DNA from: an uncultured bacterium
GTDB taxonomy: Bacteria; Chloroflexota; UBA5177; JANWHV01
Assembly (NCBI GenBank): GCA_963827235.1
Contig: CAWHAE010000010.1
Coordinates: 448,001-512,000 of the forward strand
Length of the DNA: 64,000 nucleotides
Direction of reading: 5' to 3'
Part shown: in pieces, positions 58,982 through 64,000 of the stretch
How positions within the stretch are numbered: position 1 is the stretch's first letter
How the letters are laid out: the number at the start of each line of letters is the position of its first letter
Notes under the pieces: model-generated
What the model was told of the DNA's origin: nothing
Database searches by the model: none
Seen by the model: only the letters and a program-made list of their open reading frames with translations
Program-made: the position numbers and the translations under genes

Positions 58982-59250
58982 GTTCCTTTTGGCCGGTCGC
59001 GGGCATTTCGGTCAGCCGGCGTCGCCGATCGCCTGGCCGTGAGGCCGCATGCGGCGGTCCGTCGACGATGCAGAGGGGCGGCCCGGCGGTCCAGCGGAGG
59101 ATCGGTGGCAGCGGTGACTATCGGTCCGCCGCGTCCGGACCCTTCGCCACTATCGCAGAGAGGGTCGAGATCGTACGATGAAGGCAGATCGCCGGAACTG
59201 AGCACGTTACCGGTACGGTTCCGGCAAAGTGGGCATCGGAGCAGCACGCC

Positions 59251-60261
59251 ACGAGCGCTAGATCGGCCGCCTCAGACGCTTCGCCGGAGCCATCTGCTAC
59301 GTCGTCTCACCAGAGCTGGGAGCGCCCGCTGCTTTCTCTGGCGAGACATGACGGGCTCCCGGCGTCCCCGGAGTCGGACCGTCCGGTCGTAGACGAGGCA
59401 TCGCTCGAGCGCGCCTACGTCTACTGCGCGGCGCTCACAGCATGCCACAGCCGGTCGTTTGACCTGGCGATGCACCTGCTGCCCCCGGAGAAGAGGCGCG
59501 CCATGCGCGCCCTCTACGCATTCTGCCGCGTGACCGACGATATCGTCGATGCTCAGGGTACCGGAAAGGCTTCCGGGCTGGCGAGTTGGCGCGAGGCGAC
59601 GATCCAGGCCGCGCCGCCATCCGGCGACCCGGTAGCCCTCGCCTGGGCCGATGCACGAGCGCAGTTCCGCATTCCGCGGCGGTATGCCGAGCAGCTCATC
59701 GACGGCGTGGCACGCGATCTGCGGCAGCAGCGCTACGCCACGTTCTCGGAGCTGGCCGCCTATGCCTACGGCGTGGCCTCGACCGTGGGTTTGATGACCA
59801 TGTACGTCATCGGATTTAGGGGCCCGCAGGCTATTCCCTGCATGATCAAGCTGGGAATCGCACTGCAAGTGACGAATATACTGCGGGACGTCGGCGCGGA
59901 TCTGCTGGCCGATCGCGTGTACCTACCTGCGGAGGAGCTGGAGGCCTACGGCCTGGCCGAGGCGGACCTGCGCCGCGGTCGAGTGAACGATCGCTGGCGC
60001 GCATTCATGCGCTTTCAGATAGCGCGCAATCGCCGGCTCTATCTCGAGGCGTGGCCTGGGATTGCGCTGCTGGCGGCCGACGGACGCTTCGCCGTGGCCG
60101 CGGGCGCAGACTTCTACCGTCGCATATTGCACGACATCGAGCGGCACGATTACGATGTCTTCAGTCGCCGCGCGCACGTGAGCACGTGGGGCAAACTGCG
60201 CCGCCTGCCAGGCATCTGGTTGAACGTGCCACGTTCGCGGAATCTCTATGCCACGTTATGA
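59251..60261 (+). CDS. crtB: Phytoene synthase (start codon unresolved)
   Basis: AY..C...T..HSRSF..A, ALYAFCR.TDDIVD, Y.YGVASTVG, LGIALQ.TNILRDV, RVYLP. The frame is open from 59182 but the first ATG (59470) lies inside the conserved region, so 59251 (ACG) is only a candidate start. Confidence 0.88.
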   Translation, partial: TSARSAASDASPEPSATSSHQSWERPLLSLARHDGLPASPESDRPVVDEASLERAYVYCAALTACHSRSFDLAMHLLPPEKRRAMRALYAFCRVTDDIVDAQGTGKASGLASWREATIQAAPPSGDPVALAWADARAQFRIPRRYAEQLIDGVARDLRQQRYATFSELAAYAYGVASTVGLMTMYVIGFRGPQAIPCMIKLGIALQVTNILRDVGADLLADRVYLPAEELEAYGLAEADLRRGRVNDRWRAFMRFQIARNRRLYLEAWPGIALLAADGRFAVAAGADFYRRILHDIERHDYDVFSRRAHVSTWGKLRRLPGIWLNVPRSRNLYATL

Positions 60262-61387
60262 CTTCATCGTCGCGGGTGGGGGAGCGGCGGGGCTGAGCCT
60301 CGCCTACCACCTCTCGCAGAGCCCACTGGGCCGTCGTTCAATCCTGGTTGTCGACAGAGACGGCACGGAGCGCAGCGATCGCACCTGGTGCTACTGGACG
60401 GACCGGTCTCTTCCGTTCGACAGTCTGGTCTACAGGCGCTGGAGCCGGCTGCGTGTGGTGAGTGAGCGCTGCGAAGACGTGCTGGATCCCGGGCCCTATC
60501 GCTACGAGATGATCCGCGGAGTCGACCTCTACCGCTTCGTGTTGCACGAGCTGGAAGCGTGCATGCAGGTGGAAGTGGTACAGGGCTCGGTAGACCGGAT
60601 CGACGACGGGCGGACGGAAGCCGGCGTGTGGGTGGACGGCCGCAACTATGCGGCCAGGTGGGTCTTCGACAGCAGGCCCGCACCGATCGCGTCCACGAGC
60701 GGCGGGCAACCGGCTCGCCGGCTCTGGCAGCACTTCACCGGGTGGAACGTCTCCGTGGATCGGCCGAGCTTCACGCCCCGAGTGGCCACGCTGATGGACT
60801 TCCGTACCGCTCAGGCCGGCGGACTTCGCTTCTTCTACGTGCTTCCGTCCAGCGAGTATGAGGCCATCGTGGAATACGTGACCTGCACGGACGGCGACTG
60901 CTTCCGGGAGGAGCACGAGCACGCCCTGAAGGACTACCTCGGGAAGCGCGCCGGTTCCGCCTCGTACAAGACCGAGCGACGCGAAGGCGGTACCACGCTG
61001 CTGACCGACCGGGCGTTTCCCAGGCGGCTCGGCAACTGCGTGATGGCAATCGGCGCACCTGGCGGGCGGATCAAGCCGACCACGGGCTACGCGTTCACTC
61101 GTATCCAGCGAGACTCGGCCGCGATCGTGGAGTCCCTGCAGCGTGCGGGACATCCGTTCGATGTGCCGCCGGACTCATGGCGCTATCGCCGCTACGATGC
61201 CGCGCTGTTCGACGTCATGCTCGCACACGATGAAAGGATCAAACCGATCCTTGTGCGGCTGTTTCACCGGAATTCCCTCGAGCGTATCTTCCGCTTTCTG
61301 GACGAGCAGGCGTTGCCGTGGGACGACCTGCGCATCGCGGCGTCTTTGCCGCCGGAAGTATCGCTCCGGGCCGTGTTCCGGCGCTGA
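60248..61387 (+). CDS. crtY: Lycopene cyclase (CrtY/CrtL-type FAD-dependent)
   Basis: YDFIVAGGGAAGLSLA, DRTWCYW, TLMDFR, FFYVLP, IG..GG.IKPTTGYAF; lies between crtB and crtI. Confidence 0.85.
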   Translation: MPRYDFIVAGGGAAGLSLAYHLSQSPLGRRSILVVDRDGTERSDRTWCYWTDRSLPFDSLVYRRWSRLRVVSERCEDVLDPGPYRYEMIRGVDLYRFVLHELEACMQVEVVQGSVDRIDDGRTEAGVWVDGRNYAARWVFDSRPAPIASTSGGQPARRLWQHFTGWNVSVDRPSFTPRVATLMDFRTAQAGGLRFFYVLPSSEYEAIVEYVTCTDGDCFREEHEHALKDYLGKRAGSASYKTERREGGTTLLTDRAFPRRLGNCVMAIGAPGGRIKPTTGYAFTRIQRDSAAIVESLQRAGHPFDVPPDSWRYRRYDAALFDVMLAHDERIKPILVRLFHRNSLERIFRFLDEQALPWDDLRIAASLPPEVSLRAVFRR

Positions 61388-61399
61388 GGAGAGTGACCC

Positions 61400-62887
61400 G
61401 TGTGCGCCAAGCGTACAGCTCTGGTGATTGGTGCCGGTCTCGGCGGCATAGCCGTCGCCGCGCGCCTGGCAATACAGGGCTTCGCGGTCACGGTGCTCGA
61501 GAAGAATGGCGAGCCCGGAGGGCGCTGCGGCCGATTGCTGCGCGACGGTCACCGATTCGACTCCGGTCCTACTCTGCTCCTGATGCCCGAGGTGTTCTCC
61601 GAGACCTACGCGGCTCTCGGCGAGCGACTTGAGAACCATCTGGACCTCCGCCGTGTCGACCCGACGTACCGTATCCACTTCGCAGACGGCACGGTGTTCG
61701 CACCGACCGGCGATCTACCGGCACTTCGCGCCGCCGTGGAGGAGATCGAGCCTGGCTCGTTCGACGGTGTGCTCCGCTATCTGAGCGAGGGGTGCCACCA
61801 TTACCGCCATGCCTTGCAGAACTTCGTCGGGCGCAACTTCGCGAGTCTGCCAGCATACCTCGAGCCGCGCAATCTGTGGGAAGTGCTCTTTCACCTGCAT
61901 GCGCTCGGCAGACAGTACCGGCGCCTCGGCCGGCGACTGCGCGATCCCCGGCTCAAGGCGGCCTTCACGTTCCAGGACATGTACCTGGGGATCAGTCCCT
62001 TCGACGCGCCTGCTACCTACTCGCTCCTCCCCTACACCGAGATCGTGGGCGGCGTGTGGTTCCCAATGGGAGGCATGTACCGGGTCGTGGAGAGCCTGGT
62101 GGTCATCGCGGAAGCGCTGGGAGTGCGGTTCCTCTACAACGCGCCGGTAGCGGAGATCTCTATCGAGGGCGGTCGCGCCGTGGGAGTGGTGCTGGCGGAC
62201 GGAACGCGGATCGGCGGATCGGCCGTGGTGGTCAACGCCGACCTGCCGTACGCCTACGAGAAGCTCCTGCCGGAAGGGCGGCAGGCAGCAAGGCTGCGGC
62301 GACTGCGCTACACCTGCTCGACGATAGTGTTCTACTGGGGAGTAGACGGCATCTGCTCCGAGCTGGGACCGCACTCGCTGTTCCTGGCTTCCGATTACCG
62401 CGGCAGCTTCGAGCGCATCTTCCGGGACCACGCCTTGCCGGCAGAGCCTTCCTTCTACGTCCACGCGCCGGCGCGTATCGACCGGTCGGTCGCGCCGCCG
62501 GGCAAAGACACGCTCTACGTGCTCGTGCCGGTCGGTCACCTGGACTGCGCAGCCCAACAGGATTGGCCCGGTTGGCAGGCGCAGGCGCGGTCGGCGGTGT
62601 TGCGCCGGCTGGGCGGCATAGGTCTTGCTGACCTGGAGCGACGCCTGACCACCGAGATCGTCCGGATGCCGGCCGACTGGCGAGACGACTTCAACCTGGC
62701 AAAGGGGGCTGCATTCGGCCTGAGTCACAACGTCCTCCAGGTCGGCTACCTGCGGCCGCACAACCGGCATCGCCGGTACGGAAATCTGTATTTCGTGGGA
62801 GGCAGCACGCATCCGGGCAGTGGGCTGCCCATGGTGCTGCTCTCGGCGCGCCTCACTGCCGGGCGACTGGTTGGCGACCTGACATAG
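61400..62887 (+). CDS. crtI: Phytoene desaturase
   Basis: VIGAGLGG, EKN..PGGR, FDSGPT, GVWFPMGG, NLYFVGGSTHPGSGLPMVL.S. Confidence 0.93.
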   Translation: MCAKRTALVIGAGLGGIAVAARLAIQGFAVTVLEKNGEPGGRCGRLLRDGHRFDSGPTLLLMPEVFSETYAALGERLENHLDLRRVDPTYRIHFADGTVFAPTGDLPALRAAVEEIEPGSFDGVLRYLSEGCHHYRHALQNFVGRNFASLPAYLEPRNLWEVLFHLHALGRQYRRLGRRLRDPRLKAAFTFQDMYLGISPFDAPATYSLLPYTEIVGGVWFPMGGMYRVVESLVVIAEALGVRFLYNAPVAEISIEGGRAVGVVLADGTRIGGSAVVVNADLPYAYEKLLPEGRQAARLRRLRYTCSTIVFYWGVDGICSELGPHSLFLASDYRGSFERIFRDHALPAEPSFYVHAPARIDRSVAPPGKDTLYVLVPVGHLDCAAQQDWPGWQAQARSAVLRRLGGIGLADLERRLTTEIVRMPADWRDDFNLAKGAAFGLSHNVLQVGYLRPHNRHRRYGNLYFVGGSTHPGSGLPMVLLSARLTAGRLVGDLT

Positions 62888-63051
62888 CAGCTTGGCTCGC
62901 GGGCCGGCCGTCCGGCGTTGTGACTGCCCGCCGCGAGGCGCCTTCAGCTCTCGGCATGGCATACCCGTCCGCCCGGTGGAATGGTCCTACTGCAGTGCTC
63001 GGTGTGCGACGAAACGGACGTGCTGCAGATCGGGCCGTCCCGGCTCGATGG

Positions 63052-64000
63052 TCACCACTCTCCAATCGAGCCGTCGTCCTCGTGGAACAGGACGGGCGTC
63101 TGCCATTCGCCGTCGTTCCGCTTCGCGTCGACGGCCGCGTCGTCGAGCTCGATGCCCAGGCCGGGATCAGCCGGCAGGTCGATGTAGCCGTCGCGCACTA
63201 CAAACGGATGCTTCAGATAGCCGTCGCCCAGGGAGACCTGCTCCTGGCAAAGGAAATTTGGGATACAGGCATCCACTTGCAGGCCCGCCGCCAGTGAGAT
63301 CGGTCCCAGCGGATTGTGTGGCGCCACGGCGGCGTAGTAGACCTCGGCCATGGCGGCGATCTTCCGTACCTCGCCAATCCCGCCGGCGTGGCAGAGATCC
63401 GGCTGCAACACCGCTGCCGCCTGCTTCTCGAGCACCTCGCGGAAACCCCACCGGGTGAAGAGCCGCTCGCCGGTTGCGATCGGGATCTTCGTCGACCGTG
63501 CGACTGTGACCAGCGCGTCGACATTCTCAGGCAATACAGGTTCCTCGATAAACATCAGGTGGCAGCCGGCCAAGGCGTCTGCCAGCCTGATCGCCATGGC
63601 AGGACCGACCCTTCCGTGAAAGTCCACCGCTAGGTCGACGCTGCTCGGGATCGCGTCTCGCATGGCCTGGATGCGTGCCACCTGCCGGTCGACGTAGGCC
63701 TTGGTGTCCACAAGACGCACGGGTCCTTCGAGCCCCGTCTTGAGCGCCGTGAAGCCCACGGCAACGAGATCGCGGGCGGCCTGCGCGGCCGTGTCGGGAG
63801 TGTCGCCGTCGCAGTGCGCGTAGACGCGGACCCGTTCCCGGCAGGCCCCACCAAGCAGCTGATACACCGGCACGGCCAAGGACTTGCCCAGGATGTCCCA
63901 CATGGCCTGTTCCACGCCACTGATCGCGCTGACCAGCACCGGGCCGCCCCTGTAGAATGCGCCGCGGTACATCACCTGCCAGTGGTGCTCGATACGCCTG
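63052..64000 (-). CDS. dgoD: Galactonate dehydratase (mandelate racemase family), 5' end outside the window
   Basis: IEHHWQVMYRGAFYRGGP, SGVEQAMWDI.GK, DFHGR, FIEEP, IATGER, QPDLCHAGGI, APHNPLGP. Confidence 0.92.
   Translation of the reverse strand, partial: RRIEHHWQVMYRGAFYRGGPVLVSAISGVEQAMWDILGKSLAVPVYQLLGGACRERVRVYAHCDGDTPDTAAQAARDLVAVGFTALKTGLEGPVRLVDTKAYVDRQVARIQAMRDAIPSSVDLAVDFHGRVGPAMAIRLADALAGCHLMFIEEPVLPENVDALVTVARSTKIPIATGERLFTRWGFREVLEKQAAAVLQPDLCHAGGIGEVRKIAAMAEVYYAAVAPHNPLGPISLAAGLQVDACIPNFLCQEQVSLGDGYLKHPFVVRDGYIDLPADPGLGIELDDAAVDAKRNDGEWQTPVLFHEDDGSIGEW

Noticed and set aside
1-64000. Prophage, IS elements, tRNA, rRNA or CRISPR
   Set aside because: No integrase, transposase or phage structural ORFs, cloverleaf patterns or repeat-spacer arrays recognised by eye.

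Overview
High-GC bacterial chromosomal window; a Chloroflexota-like origin is my inference from protein features. It carries about 50 mostly housekeeping genes and no transposase, integrase, CRISPR array, tRNA or rRNA that I can support. Contents in order: partial 3-hydroxyacyl-CoA dehydrogenase, multi-PAS sensor kinase, gnd, DUF3054-DUF47-PiT-acs, GDE-like glucosidase with queF, DUF4352-upp-DinG, PhoR-like kinase with ftsY-ffh, a stand-alone sigma-70 region-4 mini-protein, RibD-C, DEDD/UvrC-like fusion, class IV aminotransferase, frameshifted RlmI-like methyltransferase, truncated globin, ftsH, two GT-C-type membrane glycosyltransferases, two ABC systems, rpiA, pstSCAB-phoU, deoC, htpG, ackA, crtB-crtY-crtI and partial dgoD. 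The best candidate for an undescribed system is a five-gene operon at 39150-43347: small unknown protein, two tandem-YbjQ-repeat paralogs, NUDIX hydrolase and cardiolipin-synthase-type PLD. Other notable signals: (1) a pseudo-receiver OmpR/PhoB-type regulator divergent from pstS behind mirror-image 11-bp TTAAC arrays; (2) a heavily structured intergenic element resembling a collapsed group II intron; (3) a riboswitch-like leader ahead of the NMT1/THI5 ABC operon; (4) an RHxxGDWG-domain/methyltransferase fusion; (5) several proteins with substituted catalytic residues. All family calls come from motif recognition by eye; no database searches were run.
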